Source: a bacterium | GTDB lineage: Bacteria; Patescibacteriota; Microgenomatia; JAADGY01 | Reading direction: 5' to 3' | Assembly: GCA_027028625.1 (NCBI GenBank) | Contig: JALVIH010000052.1 | Span: 1 to 49,216 of the forward strand | Length of the DNA: 49,216 nucleotides | Shown: positions 28,079-38,769 of the stretch, piece after piece | Layout: every line of letters starts with the position of its first letter | How positions within the stretch are numbered: position 1 is the stretch's first letter | Made by a program: the position numbers and the translations under genes | Notes under the pieces: model-generated | What the model saw: the letters and a program-made list of their open reading frames with translations, nothing else | What the model was told of the DNA's origin: nothing | Databases searched by the model: none

Positions 28079-30110
28079 GCAGCTATCTTTAAGGTTAGAT
28101 ACAAAATTAGACGAGCTCTATTTAGTTGGTCCGGCTTTGGTTAAAAGGTTCAAAAAGTTAGGTATCTTAACCCTCAAAGATCTTCTTTATCTTCTACCGA
28201 ATCGTTTCGAAGATCGCCGACTCCTACAAACACCTCTTAATCGACTTCCTCTTCCTAGCAAAATTACTCTCACCGGGACAATAAAAAAAAGCCAAAGCCG
28301 CTTCAGTGCCCGTGGTTTACCTATTCAAATTTTTTCTCTCTCTTATCAGCACCAGCCAATTAAGGTTATTTTTTACAATCAACCTTATCTGCTAAAGACC
28401 CTTAAGCCAGGCTTGAAAGCTACTTTCTGGGGTGAACTTCAACTGGATTATCCAGGCTACCGTCTAGAGGCGGCCGGTTATGAAATCATCACTTCCAAAC
28501 CTCCCATCCACAGTTTGGGCATCATCCCCATTTACCCAGAGACAAAAGGCCTGACCAACAAAATGATCCGCCGTATCTTAATCTTTTACCTCCAAAAGGC
28601 CAGTTTTCTCCTTAAAGAATACTTGCCTAACTTCATCCTAACCCAAGAGGGTTATCCTCACTTACCCCAAGCTCTCTTCCAACTCCACCAGCCCAGCTCA
28701 ATTCAAGAAGGGAAAAAAGCCAAAGAACGTTTCCTTTTCGAAGAGGTTCTAGCCTACCAAATCGGCAGCCAACTAAAACGCAAAGAGTGGCAGGAAAAAA
28801 CCAGCTTTTTCCAAAGTTCAATTACACCTCAACAAGTTCTTCCGATTATAGAAAAAGAGAGTAACTTTCAGCTTTCACCTTCCCAAAAGGAGGTCATCTC
28901 TCAAATCCTTCTCGACCTAAAAAAGAAGAGGCCGATGAACCGCCTTCTCTTGGGTGATGTAGGATCCGGTAAAACTTTAGTAGCCGCCGCTGCCGCTTAC
29001 GCCACTTATTTAAGCGGCTGGCGGACGGTTTTGATGACCCCTACTGAAGTTTTAGCTAAACAAACAGCCGAAAAATTCCGTTCCTACTTACCTCCTAACC
29101 TCAAAGTAGGTTTACACACCCAATCCCACAAAGAAAAGAGTACAGATTGGAATATCTTAATCGGCACTCATGCTCTCCTTTGGCAGAAGAATCTTAAAAA
29201 CATTGGCTTAGTAGTAGTCGATGAACAACATCGTTTTGGTGTCCGCCAGCGAAGCAAACTAACCCAAACCAACCCCTCTCCTCATATCTTGACAATGACG
29301 GCAACCCCTATCCCCCGCAGTCTAGCCCTTACCCTTTTTGGCCATCTTGATCTAAGTTACCTCGAACCTCTTCCTAACAAGGGGAAACAAACTAAAACCT
29401 ACCTTTTGAAACCTCACCAAGTTGATCAAGCTTACCATTGGTTAGTAAAGGAACTAACTCAACACCCTGAAAAGAGAGCTTTTATTATCACCCCTCTTAT
29501 CGAAAACTCAGAGAAAGAAACAATGAAAGACATTAAAGCGGTTACCGCCCTCTACCAACAACTTCAAAAAAAGTATCCTAATTTCCCTTATTTTGGCCTT
29601 CTTCACGGCCGCCTCAAAGCTAAGGAGAAAGAAAAGGTCATCAAGGAGTTCCGAGAGGGAAAAATTAAAGCTCTCATCAGCACTTCTGTTGTCGAGGTAG
29701 GTATTGATATTCCTCAAGCTAACATTATCATCATTGAAGGAGCAGAACGTTTTGGTTTAGCTCAACTTCATCAACTCCGAGGAAGGGTAGGGCGATTAGG
29801 CCAACTTTCCTACTGCTTCTTGATACCTACCAAACTAACTACCCAAAGCACCAAACGCCTTCGACTATTAACCAAAATAACCTCCGGCCACCAATTAGCC
29901 GAGTATGATCTCAAGCTTCGCGGACCAGGACAGATCTTTGGTTTAGCCCAACACGGTTTCCCAAGCGAGCTTCTACCTTTCCTTACTAACCCATACCTCC
30001 TCAGTAAAGCCCAAAAGTATAGCCAAGAAATAGCTGCCCATCTTGACCGCTATCCCCGCTTGCAAGAATTCTACCTTCAGGGTAAAATTAAGGACATAAT
30101 ACTAAATTAA
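28065..30110 (+). CDS. recG: ATP-dependent DNA helicase RecG
   Basis: MNRLLLGDVGSGKT, DEQHRFGV, MTATPIPRSL, QLHQLRGRVGR, DLKLRGPG. Confidence 0.97.
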   Translation: MPSTKQLSLRLDTKLDELYLVGPALVKRFKKLGILTLKDLLYLLPNRFEDRRLLQTPLNRLPLPSKITLTGTIKKSQSRFSARGLPIQIFSLSYQHQPIKVIFYNQPYLLKTLKPGLKATFWGELQLDYPGYRLEAAGYEIITSKPPIHSLGIIPIYPETKGLTNKMIRRILIFYLQKASFLLKEYLPNFILTQEGYPHLPQALFQLHQPSSIQEGKKAKERFLFEEVLAYQIGSQLKRKEWQEKTSFFQSSITPQQVLPIIEKESNFQLSPSQKEVISQILLDLKKKRPMNRLLLGDVGSGKTLVAAAAAYATYLSGWRTVLMTPTEVLAKQTAEKFRSYLPPNLKVGLHTQSHKEKSTDWNILIGTHALLWQKNLKNIGLVVVDEQHRFGVRQRSKLTQTNPSPHILTMTATPIPRSLALTLFGHLDLSYLEPLPNKGKQTKTYLLKPHQVDQAYHWLVKELTQHPEKRAFIITPLIENSEKETMKDIKAVTALYQQLQKKYPNFPYFGLLHGRLKAKEKEKVIKEFREGKIKALISTSVVEVGIDIPQANIIIIEGAERFGLAQLHQLRGRVGRLGQLSYCFLIPTKLTTQSTKRLRLLTKITSGHQLAEYDLKLRGPGQIFGLAQHGFPSELLPFLTNPYLLSKAQKYSQEIAAHLDRYPRLQEFYLQGKIKDIILN

Positions 30111-30151
30111 CCTACCCTCTACTAGAAGTTAGGTAAATAGACGGAGGAAAA

Positions 30152-30304
30152 ATGCCACCAGTTCCAAAAAGACGACACTCAACCGGTCGCAAGGGAAAAA
30201 GACGAGCGGCTTTAAAGATAAAAACTTTGCCCCAGACCGTCCGTTGCCCTTACTGCGGTGCCTTAAAACCCAGCCATCAAGCTTGCCCTGTTTGTGGTCG
30301 CTAA
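30152..30304 (+). CDS. rpmF: 50S ribosomal protein L32 (Zn-ribbon form), not in the ORF track
   Basis: MPPVPKRRHSTGRKGKRRAA...CPYCG...SHQACPVCGR; GGAGG SD. Confidence 0.93.
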   Translation: MPPVPKRRHSTGRKGKRRAALKIKTLPQTVRCPYCGALKPSHQACPVCGR

Positions 30305-30312
30305 ACTAAGAA

Positions 30313-30684
30313 ATGGCTACTCAAATTAACCGCAAACATCTCTGGAGAGTCCGGATGTTTAAAACTCTTTATCAGCTTCTCTTCAAAAACGAAAACGAAG
30401 AGGTTCTGAAAGAAAAAACCAAGGACATCCAGGACCAACTGCCAACTATCGATAAGCTAATTACCAAATATGCTCCTGAATGGCCTCTGGAAAAAATAAA
30501 TAAAGTAGATCTGGCCATTCTCCGCTTAGCCATCTATGAGTTGTTAACTAAAAACGCTCCTTATAAAGTCATTATTAACGAGGCTGTGGAACTAGCTAAA
30601 ACCTATGGCAGCCAAAACTCACCTTCTTTCATAAATGGTGTTTTAGGCAAAATAGTTGAGGAGGAAAAATGGCTCAGCAGCTGA
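30313..30684 (+). CDS. nusB: Transcription antitermination factor NusB
   Basis: [33 protein letters not shown]. Confidence 0.95.
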   Translation: MATQINRKHLWRVRMFKTLYQLLFKNENEEVLKEKTKDIQDQLPTIDKLITKYAPEWPLEKINKVDLAILRLAIYELLTKNAPYKVIINEAVELAKTYGSQNSPSFINGVLGKIVEEEKWLSS

Positions 30685-31376
30685 ACAAACCTAATTTAAG
30701 GGAATTAGAAAACATTTTAAACATAAATTTTAAGAATAAAGAACTTCTCTTAACCGCTCTCCGACATCGTTCTTACCTTAATGAGGTAAAAAATAAAAAT
30801 TTAATCTCTAATGAACGACTGGAGTTCTTAGGTGATGCAGTTCTGGAATTAGTAGTTACTGATTTCCTTTACCACCGTTACCAAGATCGACCAGAGGGTG
30901 ATCTCACCCATCTTCGGGCTTCTTTAGTCTGCACTTCCAGTTTAGCCAAACTAAGCCGCCGACTCCATCTAGGAAAATTTCTTCTCTTAAGTAAAGGAGA
31001 AAAACTCCAAGGAGGAAATAACAACGAAAATATTCTGGCTGATCTCTTTGAGGCTATTATTGGCGCCATTTATCTTGATCAAGGATATCAAAAAGCAGCT
31101 GAGTTTATTAAAAAGCATCTCCTTACTAACTTGCCTAATCGGATTAATCTTCAAGAAGTAAAAGATGCCAAATCATACTTCCAAGAAATAGCCCAAAAAA
31201 AGTATAAGGTAACTCCTCGTTACGATGTTCTGGAGGAAAAAGAAAAAGAGGGAGAAGATAAATTTACCGTTGGCCTTTACTTGGACAAAAAATTAATAAC
31301 TACAGCTCAAGGGAAAAATAAAAAGGAAGCTACTGAAAAAGCCGCTCAGAAAGCCTTAGAAAAAATAAAAGCCTGA
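30669..31376 (+). CDS. rnc: Ribonuclease III
   Basis: [12 protein letters not shown] signature, [14 protein letters not shown], dsRBD. Confidence 0.97.
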   Translation: MAQQLNKPNLRELENILNINFKNKELLLTALRHRSYLNEVKNKNLISNERLEFLGDAVLELVVTDFLYHRYQDRPEGDLTHLRASLVCTSSLAKLSRRLHLGKFLLLSKGEKLQGGNNNENILADLFEAIIGAIYLDQGYQKAAEFIKKHLLTNLPNRINLQEVKDAKSYFQEIAQKKYKVTPRYDVLEEKEKEGEDKFTVGLYLDKKLITTAQGKNKKEATEKAAQKALEKIKA

Positions 31377-31399
31377 CCCTATTACCTAGTTCCACTCCC

Positions 31400-34036
31400 T
31401 TAAGGGGTAGGGGTTGGTTGAGGAGTAGGAGTTGGAGTTAAGGTAGGAGTTAAGATAGGGGTAGGAGTTGGAGTAGGCGTAGGCTCGGTCCACGGTTGAT
31501 TAACACTCAAATGAAGATAGTTATGATCCTCCCGTCCACTATCCAGCCACACCTTTACCTCAATTGTGTGCCGTCCATCCTCTAAATGTAGATTGACCGA
31601 ATACTTCGATCGAGGCTCTGACCAACTTTCTTTCTCCTGATCATCCAGATAGAGGGTTACCTTTTTAATTTTCTCAGATGTAATAACTTTAAATCCAAGA
31701 GTTATGTCGTTAACATCTACTTCTTCTTTATCTTTATAATCGTCAAAGTTAATCAGAACCGGCTCTTGGCAGTACTCTGTCGGGACTTTATATCGCGGAT
31801 CGTTCTGTTGGCTTACCCACCAATCTATTCCTTCCTGCCACCTGTTAACCCCATCGGTGCTTAAGGGGTCCTTTTCCTTGAGGATAATTACTTCTTTCTT
31901 TTCATAATTACCCATTTCCACAGCCGCCTTTCCAGCTAGCTTAGTTGGGTCTGATTTACAAACATTGATGTAGGTGTGGATAGGATCTTTTCCTAAAGGC
32001 TGCGAGCCCTGAATAAAATAGTCCTTGTGAGAAGGAAAGTTGTCATGAGCTGGATAACCAGAAATGTTATCAACCTCCTCTTCAACCACATTATCCGGTT
32101 TTTGAAACTCAACTTTGGGTAATTTTTCAAACGTTTTTAAAATAATTTTCCGCCAAATAGGAGCAGCTCCAGTAATACCCGAGGCTAATCGTTTCATTGG
32201 CGAATTGTCATTATTACCCACCCAAACACCCACTAAAATATTTGGCGTCCATCCTATCGTCCAGTTGTCTCTTTTGTCATTGGTAGTCCCAGTTTTAACA
32301 GCTACCTGACGGTCAGGGATATAAATGGAACTATGAGAACCAAAAGTCAATAACCTAGCTTTATTATCTGAGAGAATAGAGTTTATAAGAAAAGCAACGC
32401 CTTTTGGCAAAACACGGCTAGGCTGAGGCGGTTCGAATTTGTCAATAAGTTGATTGTTAACATCAGTTATCTCCAAAACGGCCACCGGTTTTACCTTGTA
32501 CCCTCCATTAGCAAAAGAACTGTAGGCCGCTGATAGATCTAGAAGACGAACCTCTCCACCTCCTAAGGTAACCGCTAAACCAAAACGTTTTAAATTCTGA
32601 GAAGTCGGAGCTAAAGTAGTTAAACCAAGATCATTAGCTGTCGTTAACATATTTTTTATCCCAACCATAGCTAAAACCTTGACCGCTGGAATATTCAAAG
32701 AGTTGCCCAAGGCTGTTCTAAAGGAAACCGGCCCATGAAATTTTCCATCATAATTAACCGGTTTATAATCCTTCCCACCTTGAGAAACAAAAGTAGTCGG
32801 CGCGTCTACCACTATCTTTGAGGGGTACATTCCTTCTTTAAAGGCAGTGGCATAAGTTACCGGTTTGATAGCCGAACCAGGCTGGCGGAGGGCTAAAGTG
32901 ACGTTATACTGACCATCATAGTCTTGACTAAAATAATCATAAGAACCAACCATCACTAGGATCTGACCGTTAGTCGGGTCCATAACAACAACTCCCCCGT
33001 TGGTAATGTTCAACTTTTTCACTTTTTCTATTTCTTCCTTTACTGTATCCTGGGCAAACTTTTGAAGTTGGTAATCCAGAGTAGTTTTTACCTTGAAACC
33101 AGCTGTTAGAACTCTCTCTTCACCGTATTTTTTAGCCAGTAAACTCCGAACATACATAACAAAATGAGGAGCTCGAATAACATTACCTCGCATCTTAAAG
33201 TTTAATGGCTGCTGATAGGCTTTTTCCGCTTGATCTTTAGTTATGTAACCATCCTCCACCATCCGCCGCAAGACGTGTTTTTGCCTAGCCTTGAGAAGTT
33301 TCATATTTTGAGAATAACGAGTCGGCGACTGGGGTAAACCAGCTAAAGCTGCTGCTTCAGCTAGAGTCAAATCCTTAACATCTTTACCAAAATACTGCTG
33401 GGCGGCTGCCTTTATCCCCCAGGCCTGGCCACCATAAGGAGCTTCGTTAAGATACATCTGAAGAATCTCATCTTTGGTATATTTCTTCTCTATTTGGATG
33501 GTTAAAATTAACTCCTTTACCTTGCGGGGTAGGGTTCTTTCCGAAGATAGAAGAACATTCTTAACTAGCTGTTGGGTTAGAGTCGAACCTCCTTGAAGAT
33601 GGCCAAAAAGAACCGTGCTCACAAAAGCTCGAACAATACTCTTAAGGTCGAAACCAGGATGGTGGTAGAAGTTTTTATCCTCAACAGCTATGGTTGCTTG
33701 ACGGAGATAAAGAGGAACTTCTGACAATTTGACTGGCTCTCGATTTTGATTGGCATAAAGGCTATAAAGAAGAACTCCATTCCTATCAAATATCTGAGTA
33801 GAGAAACCACTCCGCCGCCTAACTTTATTTGGATTAGGCAAATCCTTAGCGTAATAAGCAAAAAGGAGAGAAATTCCTAAAAAACCCAGAAGGGTTAAAA
33901 CCAAAAAAAGAGAAAGGAGAATAATTGCCAGCTGAGACCAAAAGGGGGTATTCCTTAATCCCAAACGGCGATGATAATTCCTGACTTTTATTTTTCTGCG
34001 ATGAACTTCCTGATCCCAAAGACGACTAGCCATCAT
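31400..34036 (-). CDS. Class A penicillin-binding protein (PBP1A family) with C-terminal Ig-like domain and PT-repeat tail
   Basis: EDKNFYHH, GGSTLTQQLVK, RKVKE, SAIK (SxxK), SLN, KTGT. Confidence 0.93.
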   Translation of the reverse strand: MMASRLWDQEVHRRKIKVRNYHRRLGLRNTPFWSQLAIILLSLFLVLTLLGFLGISLLFAYYAKDLPNPNKVRRRSGFSTQIFDRNGVLLYSLYANQNREPVKLSEVPLYLRQATIAVEDKNFYHHPGFDLKSIVRAFVSTVLFGHLQGGSTLTQQLVKNVLLSSERTLPRKVKELILTIQIEKKYTKDEILQMYLNEAPYGGQAWGIKAAAQQYFGKDVKDLTLAEAAALAGLPQSPTRYSQNMKLLKARQKHVLRRMVEDGYITKDQAEKAYQQPLNFKMRGNVIRAPHFVMYVRSLLAKKYGEERVLTAGFKVKTTLDYQLQKFAQDTVKEEIEKVKKLNITNGGVVVMDPTNGQILVMVGSYDYFSQDYDGQYNVTLALRQPGSAIKPVTYATAFKEGMYPSKIVVDAPTTFVSQGGKDYKPVNYDGKFHGPVSFRTALGNSLNIPAVKVLAMVGIKNMLTTANDLGLTTLAPTSQNLKRFGLAVTLGGGEVRLLDLSAAYSSFANGGYKVKPVAVLEITDVNNQLIDKFEPPQPSRVLPKGVAFLINSILSDNKARLLTFGSHSSIYIPDRQVAVKTGTTNDKRDNWTIGWTPNILVGVWVGNNDNSPMKRLASGITGAAPIWRKIILKTFEKLPKVEFQKPDNVVEEEVDNISGYPAHDNFPSHKDYFIQGSQPLGKDPIHTYINVCKSDPTKLAGKAAVEMGNYEKKEVIILKEKDPLSTDGVNRWQEGIDWWVSQQNDPRYKVPTEYCQEPVLINFDDYKDKEEVDVNDITLGFKVITSEKIKKVTLYLDDQEKESWSEPRSKYSVNLHLEDGRHTIEVKVWLDSGREDHNYLHLSVNQPWTEPTPTPTPTPILTPTLTPTPTPQPTPTP

Positions 34037-34062
34037 ACCTCATTTTACCTTAAGTCAATAGA

Positions 34063-34584
34063 TTAATGGTTGGGAAAATTTATAACCGACTCAAAAGAGT
34101 AAGAGACCGGACTGTGAGAACTCAGGGTATCAGTCAGGGTAAATTTAAGGGTCACCCAACTTCCCCAGGTATAACGACTGAAATGACTGCAGTCAAGCTT
34201 AAAATTACTCACTTTAACTTGAGAATCATTTAGAGGTATCTGTTTAGTAGACGTCTCAATGTTTTCACCAAAATCCGCACTTCGAGAAGCGATATTGGTT
34301 CCATCTATAAGGAAACGAGTTGTTCCCCCATCCGGATTAAGAATGGTGAGATAACTATTATCAAGACAATCTAAGGGACGGCTGCTCTGGGCCATTCTAT
34401 TGATTACTTCAATAATATGATCCCCTTCATTCTTAACCAACTGTTGGCGGCTAGTCTGCTGAGAAATATTAATTAGGTTACTTAAACTGCCAGAAATGAA
34501 GAGGGCTAAGATAGCCATCAACCCCATAACTACCAAAAGCTCTATAAAAGTAAAACCAGTAAGTTGTTTTTCTAATCTTGCCAT
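34063..34584 (-). CDS. Type IV minor pilin (PilW/PulJ-like); start reassigned to ATG 34584
   Basis: GFTFIELLVV prepilin motif. Confidence 0.85.
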   Translation of the reverse strand: MARLEKQLTGFTFIELLVVMGLMAILALFISGSLSNLINISQQTSRQQLVKNEGDHIIEVINRMAQSSRPLDCLDNSYLTILNPDGGTTRFLIDGTNIASRSADFGENIETSTKQIPLNDSQVKVSNFKLDCSHFSRYTWGSWVTLKFTLTDTLSSHSPVSYSFESVINFPNH

Positions 34585-35081
34585 GGCGTTAGTTGGGTAA
34601 CCACCTTTACCTGATGGCAAAAATAATCATTTAAATTTCTACATAAACCATCCCGCCAACCAGTGGCTATTTCTATCTTTAGAAGATCATTTGCTTTATC
34701 AATGGTCAGTTTTAACCTCCGCTTAAAACGAGTATTAGGGATATATGAGCAACTTCCTGACTGATAAGGGGTTGAAAAATTCAACTGATACAAACAATAT
34801 TCCTTTTCTGCCCCATCAGCCAGATCAGCCCATTTGCTACCAAAAGCCGTTTGGATAAACTCATCCCAACTGGCTGACCTATCCCGTTCGGCTCGTAACC
34901 AATTAAGCCCTTCTTGGGTAAAACGATTGGCTTGCATCTTGTTTCGGGCATATCTTGTTTGGACAATGGCTACAATTGAAGCATTTATCATCGCCACCAA
35001 GACAAAAGCAGTTATGGAAACCACCACCAAAACCTCTAGGAAAGTTGATCCTTTAAATCGATTCAACTTCCAGATTGCCAT
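34572..35081 (-). CDS. Type IV minor pilin (PilV-like)
   Basis: GSTFLEVLVV prepilin motif. Confidence 0.85.
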   Translation of the reverse strand: MAIWKLNRFKGSTFLEVLVVVSITAFVLVAMINASIVAIVQTRYARNKMQANRFTQEGLNWLRAERDRSASWDEFIQTAFGSKWADLADGAEKEYCLYQLNFSTPYQSGSCSYIPNTRFKRRLKLTIDKANDLLKIEIATGWRDGLCRNLNDYFCHQVKVVTQLTPWQD

Positions 35082-35556
35082 TTTTATCTACTTTAACTTG
35101 ATAATAACATTTATCTAATGTTTTGAAACAAAAACCAACGTTAACCGCTTGTTTTAAACCGTGGCTAAGAGGAAGTATCTCCAATTTTACTCCGTTTTGA
35201 AAAACAACTTCTTGGCGGCTAACCAAATCATCTAAACGATAGGTTACCACATCAGCATTCTGAGTAGAACACTTTACCTCTAAGGTGTACTCTGGACTGG
35301 CGGCGGTGGTCTGAATCTGGCTGCCTTGAAAGGCTCCTTGACAACCGCTAACTTCTTTCAAAATAGAGGCACTCTCATTCTTTTTAATTAGTAATCTCAC
35401 TTCCTTAGCCCAGTTACTGGCCACCAATTTTACCACCCGGTGTTCATAATAATTCTTGTAAACTATCAAACCAACAGTAGAAAGGAGTAAGCTTAAGGCA
35501 ATAGTAATAAGAGCTTCAATAAGGGTAAAACCCGAGAAGTTGTTCTTTATTCTCAT
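35053..35556 (-). CDS. Type IV minor pilin (FimT-like)
   Basis: GFTLIEALIT prepilin motif. Confidence 0.85.
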   Translation of the reverse strand: MRIKNNFSGFTLIEALITIALSLLLSTVGLIVYKNYYEHRVVKLVASNWAKEVRLLIKKNESASILKEVSGCQGAFQGSQIQTTAASPEYTLEVKCSTQNADVVTYRLDDLVSRQEVVFQNGVKLEILPLSHGLKQAVNVGFCFKTLDKCYYQVKVDKNGNLEVESI

Positions 35557-35559
35557 TTT

Positions 35560-36015
35560 TTAATGACCTTGGAGACAATAGTTACAATCTTTTCCACATT
35601 CCCCCCCAGAAAGGGTAGAAGGGGGGTAATGACTATCGCCGGAACTAGGAATATTCTCCTCTTCTTCCATCGTTGCACATAAGACGTAACTCGTTCCGTT
35701 TGAAGAGTAATAATAGTGTTGAGTAGGATAAGAAGGATCCTGGGGGATTTCTTGAAGATAAGTTCTATCACCACTACCATCAGTCAAACTACCTCCAAAA
35801 TCTAGAGTCGTTGGGTAAGCATCCCAATCCGAGCTATACAAAGTTAAGGCTGATTGAATAGTTCTCATATCTACTAATCTCTTTTTGTCTCGTCCAGAAC
35901 CAGAAGCTTTATTTAAACGGATAACAATGCTCGCTGTAACTAGAGAGATAAGAGTAATAACCACTAACATCTCAACAAAAGTAAAGCCTGGCAGTTTTCC
36001 TTTTTTTTCTTTCAC
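35560..36015 (-). CDS. Type IV pilin/GspG-like protein
   Basis: GFTFVEMLVV, RDKKRLVDM, YLQEIPQDP. Confidence 0.88.
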   Translation of the reverse strand: MKEKKGKLPGFTFVEMLVVITLISLVTASIVIRLNKASGSGRDKKRLVDMRTIQSALTLYSSDWDAYPTTLDFGGSLTDGSGDRTYLQEIPQDPSYPTQHYYYSSNGTSYVLCATMEEEENIPSSGDSHYPPSTLSGGECGKDCNYCLQGH

Positions 36016-36059
36016 AGCTCTTTTTTCGCTTCAAAAATTTTTAATTGATAAAAACTCAC

Positions 36060-36542
36060 TTACTGCAAATTGTAAATACAGTAATATTGGCCGCTAGCGG
36101 CTGGTGTGGGTTGAGTTCCGCCATCGGCTAAATTAGCGTTTCCTTTTGCTTGTTCCAATTTCTCACAACACCAGTAATGGTCGGTAAAAACTCTCCCTGG
36201 ACTCTGATCACCACCAGCTTGATTGACATCACAATAACTCCCTTTCTCCAAAGTTGTCGGTAGCTGGCCATCACTAAAATAGTTTAATAAATCACTATTA
36301 TCCCGAAGTAAACTACCGCTGCTATCTCCAGGATAAGACCCCTTGGCTAAGTAATACTGTTCCAAAGCGTTTTGAAGAGTTTTTAAATCGGCCCGACGAC
36401 GGGCGTCACGTCCCCGACTCAACGAACGGCTATAATTGCTCAAACCTACTGCTGCTAGGATAGCAATAATAGTCATTACCACCAACAACTCCAATAAGGT
36501 GAATCCAGCTAGTCTTTTCTTATCTTTCAGAGTTAAACTCAT
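36060..36542 (-). CDS. Type IV pilin/GspG-like protein (possible major pilin)
   Basis: GFTLLELLVV, RDARRRADL...ALEQYY. Confidence 0.88.
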   Translation of the reverse strand: MSLTLKDKKRLAGFTLLELLVVMTIIAILAAVGLSNYSRSLSRGRDARRRADLKTLQNALEQYYLAKGSYPGDSSGSLLRDNSDLLNYFSDGQLPTTLEKGSYCDVNQAGGDQSPGRVFTDHYWCCEKLEQAKGNANLADGGTQPTPAASGQYYCIYNLQ

Positions 36543-36603
36543 TCTCTCTTCCTTAAACTTTATAACTTTACAAATTTTATAAACTCTCCATTTTTTTAAC
36601 TTC

Positions 36604-37404
36604 CTAACTCCATTGTAACAAGATATGCCACCAATTAAAAGCCCAACTAAGCCAGAAAGAGAAGATAAGAAAAGGTCCTAAAGGGATAAGTGACTTTAGA
36701 CCCACCCCTCGATGGATGATAACTAAAAATAACCCGACAAATGCTCCTAAAACAAAAGCTAACCAAACAGACATCACTCCACCTACTGCCCCCAGAAAAA
36801 AAGGAGGAAAAATAACTAAAAATACATCACCCAACCCCAAACCTTTCTTCTTAGTTATCAAAAAGAGAAAAAGCATCAAAAGAACGTTGATACTTACTCC
36901 TACTAAAGCTAGCAAGCTATGAGATCCAAAAAACAACCAAAACAGGCCGGAACTAATTAACAGTCCCCATAAAGGGTACAAAGGTATAAAAAGATAATAA
37001 AGATCGTAACTGAAGATAAGGAGAGAAAAAAAGAGGGTGGAAAGAAGAAGAAAAATAAAAAGACAACTAGAAAACAAAGAGGGGGCCATTAATATCCCTC
37101 TAGCCGTTATTCCCACTAAGGCTAAAATACCCATCACTCCACCAAGACATTCAGTTAGAGGATAACGCCAAGATAAAGGATAGTGACAACACCGCGTTTT
37201 CCCCCTAAGAATAAAAAATGAAAGACAAGGAATATTTTCCCACCAACTTAGCTGGCGGTGGCAGTAGTCGCAAAACGACCTTCGAGCCCGGAGTAATTTC
37301 TTAGGCATCGTTCCATCAATAGGATGACGGTAAGACCACATATTAGCAAAACTAACTAAAGAAGCTCCTAAGGCAAAACTTAAGAAAATGAGAATAACTG
37401 CCAT
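36604..37404 (-). CDS. pilD: Prepilin peptidase
   Basis: RSFCDYC...LSWWENIP, GLGLGD, IPLGPFL; multi-TM. Confidence 0.9.
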   Translation of the reverse strand: MAVILIFLSFALGASLVSFANMWSYRHPIDGTMPKKLLRARRSFCDYCHRQLSWWENIPCLSFFILRGKTRCCHYPLSWRYPLTECLGGVMGILALVGITARGILMAPSLFSSCLFIFLLLSTLFFSLLIFSYDLYYLFIPLYPLWGLLISSGLFWLFFGSHSLLALVGVSINVLLMLFLFLITKKKGLGLGDVFLVIFPPFFLGAVGGVMSVWLAFVLGAFVGLFLVIIHRGVGLKSLIPLGPFLIFSFWLSWAFNWWHILLQWS

Positions 37405-37409
37405 TTTAA

Positions 37410-38231
37410 TTAAAAAGCAAAAGGATTATCTCTTCCACTATTTCCTCCAGATGAGGATGATGTAGCTATAGTATAAGAAAAACCTCGATACTCTTGAAGA
37501 AGAGTGTGGAACCGCTCCTCTTCCTTAACCTTCGGAGTAAAGAGGGGATCATCAAGAGAAGGAAGAAATGAAGGGGGATTAACAGCATAGAATGAAAGAG
37601 TAATTACTCCTTCTACAGTAGTCGAGGAGGGGTTAGAAGAAGTAAAGTTGAAGCTCAATTTATCAATAACAACTAACGGTTTTATTTTCTCCAGGGTAGA
37701 AAGAAAGTGAATTACATTTCTCAACTCACCACTCACTCTTACATCCAACTTCAATTCTTTTACCCCTAAACGCTGGGGTAGCTTGGCTACCTTCTTTTTG
37801 TTTACCTTCTTAGCCTGGTGAGGTGCTAAATTCAGGCTATTGCTGGCTATACGGCCAGGAGAAAAATTGAGATCACCTAGCAAAAGATTATTTTCTTTCC
37901 CCAACTCGCTCAGGATACTTATGATAAGAGGGGCAGAGTGATAAAGAGGTAATATATCTATACTTTTATTTACTTTTAGATCTAACTGCTGATCATCTAT
38001 TGTTGAAAGCTGATTGGCTTTCTTTTTATATTTTTTCAGTTCAGATTGGATAATCGATAAACGCTTTCTATCCCGACGATAATTCCTTAGATTAGGAAGG
38101 AAAAGAAGAAATAGCAGAGCAAAACCAATCACACCATAGACCCCCCAAAGCAGAAGGACTTTCTTACTTAAGTTAGAAGGATCAAATAACTGGTTATCTT
38201 TTAAATTGAAGTTCATTTTTCTTTTTTCCAC
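37410..38231 (-). CDS. PilO-like type IV pilus assembly protein
   Basis: TM plus coiled coil, G..RNVIHFLSTLEK...V; follows PilM/PilN. Confidence 0.75.
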   Translation of the reverse strand: MEKRKMNFNLKDNQLFDPSNLSKKVLLLWGVYGVIGFALLFLLFLPNLRNYRRDRKRLSIIQSELKKYKKKANQLSTIDDQQLDLKVNKSIDILPLYHSAPLIISILSELGKENNLLLGDLNFSPGRIASNSLNLAPHQAKKVNKKKVAKLPQRLGVKELKLDVRVSGELRNVIHFLSTLEKIKPLVVIDKLSFNFTSSNPSSTTVEGVITLSFYAVNPPSFLPSLDDPLFTPKVKEEERFHTLLQEYRGFSYTIATSSSSGGNSGRDNPFAF

Positions 38232-38764
38232 TCTAGATTCAGAACCAAATTATACAAACCATTAGCATCTCGCTTCACACCATTCATACTTCCTTCTTTA
38301 AAACTAGCTAAAGAGGGGGTAGAACGAAGCTCTTTCTCCAGATTTAAAACTTTCACTAGATTAGCCACCCCACAAATCAACCTTTCTTTCTCGTTATTAT
38401 CCAAGCTTAAACTAATAAGTTGGCAATGGCCAGATTGCTGGGTTAGGTTTAAACTCTTATTTACTAAACTCAACCAATTAAACCGCTTATCTAGCAAAGA
38501 AAGGGTAGTCCGAACTGCCAAAGTATAATAAAACTCCTTCTCTTCTACAGCTTCTCTTGCTTTAATGTTCTTTTTGTATTGTTCAATCTGAGCTTGATAA
38601 GTTTTTATCCTTCTTACTAAAGAAAAACGGAGTAAAGTACTTAATCCTCCTAAAACAAAAAGAAAGAGGAGTATTCCCAGCGGATACAAGAGAAGTTGAG
38701 TTTCCCTTTCAATCTTTTTCTTCTTGGTTGACCGAGCTATGGTTGCAAAGTTTATGGTGGTCAT
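38213..38764 (-). CDS. PilN-like protein
   Basis: N-terminal INF motif, TM, coiled coil; directly downstream of pilM. Confidence 0.65.
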   Translation of the reverse strand: MTTINFATIARSTKKKKIERETQLLLYPLGILLFLFVLGGLSTLLRFSLVRRIKTYQAQIEQYKKNIKAREAVEEKEFYYTLAVRTTLSLLDKRFNWLSLVNKSLNLTQQSGHCQLISLSLDNNEKERLICGVANLVKVLNLEKELRSTPSLASFKEGSMNGVKRDANGLYNLVLNLEWKKEK

Positions 38765-38769
38765 AGGAA

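Noticed and set aside
31400..31485. PT-repeat tail of the PBP as a novel repeat
   Set aside because: Ordinary low-complexity Pro/Thr coding tail.
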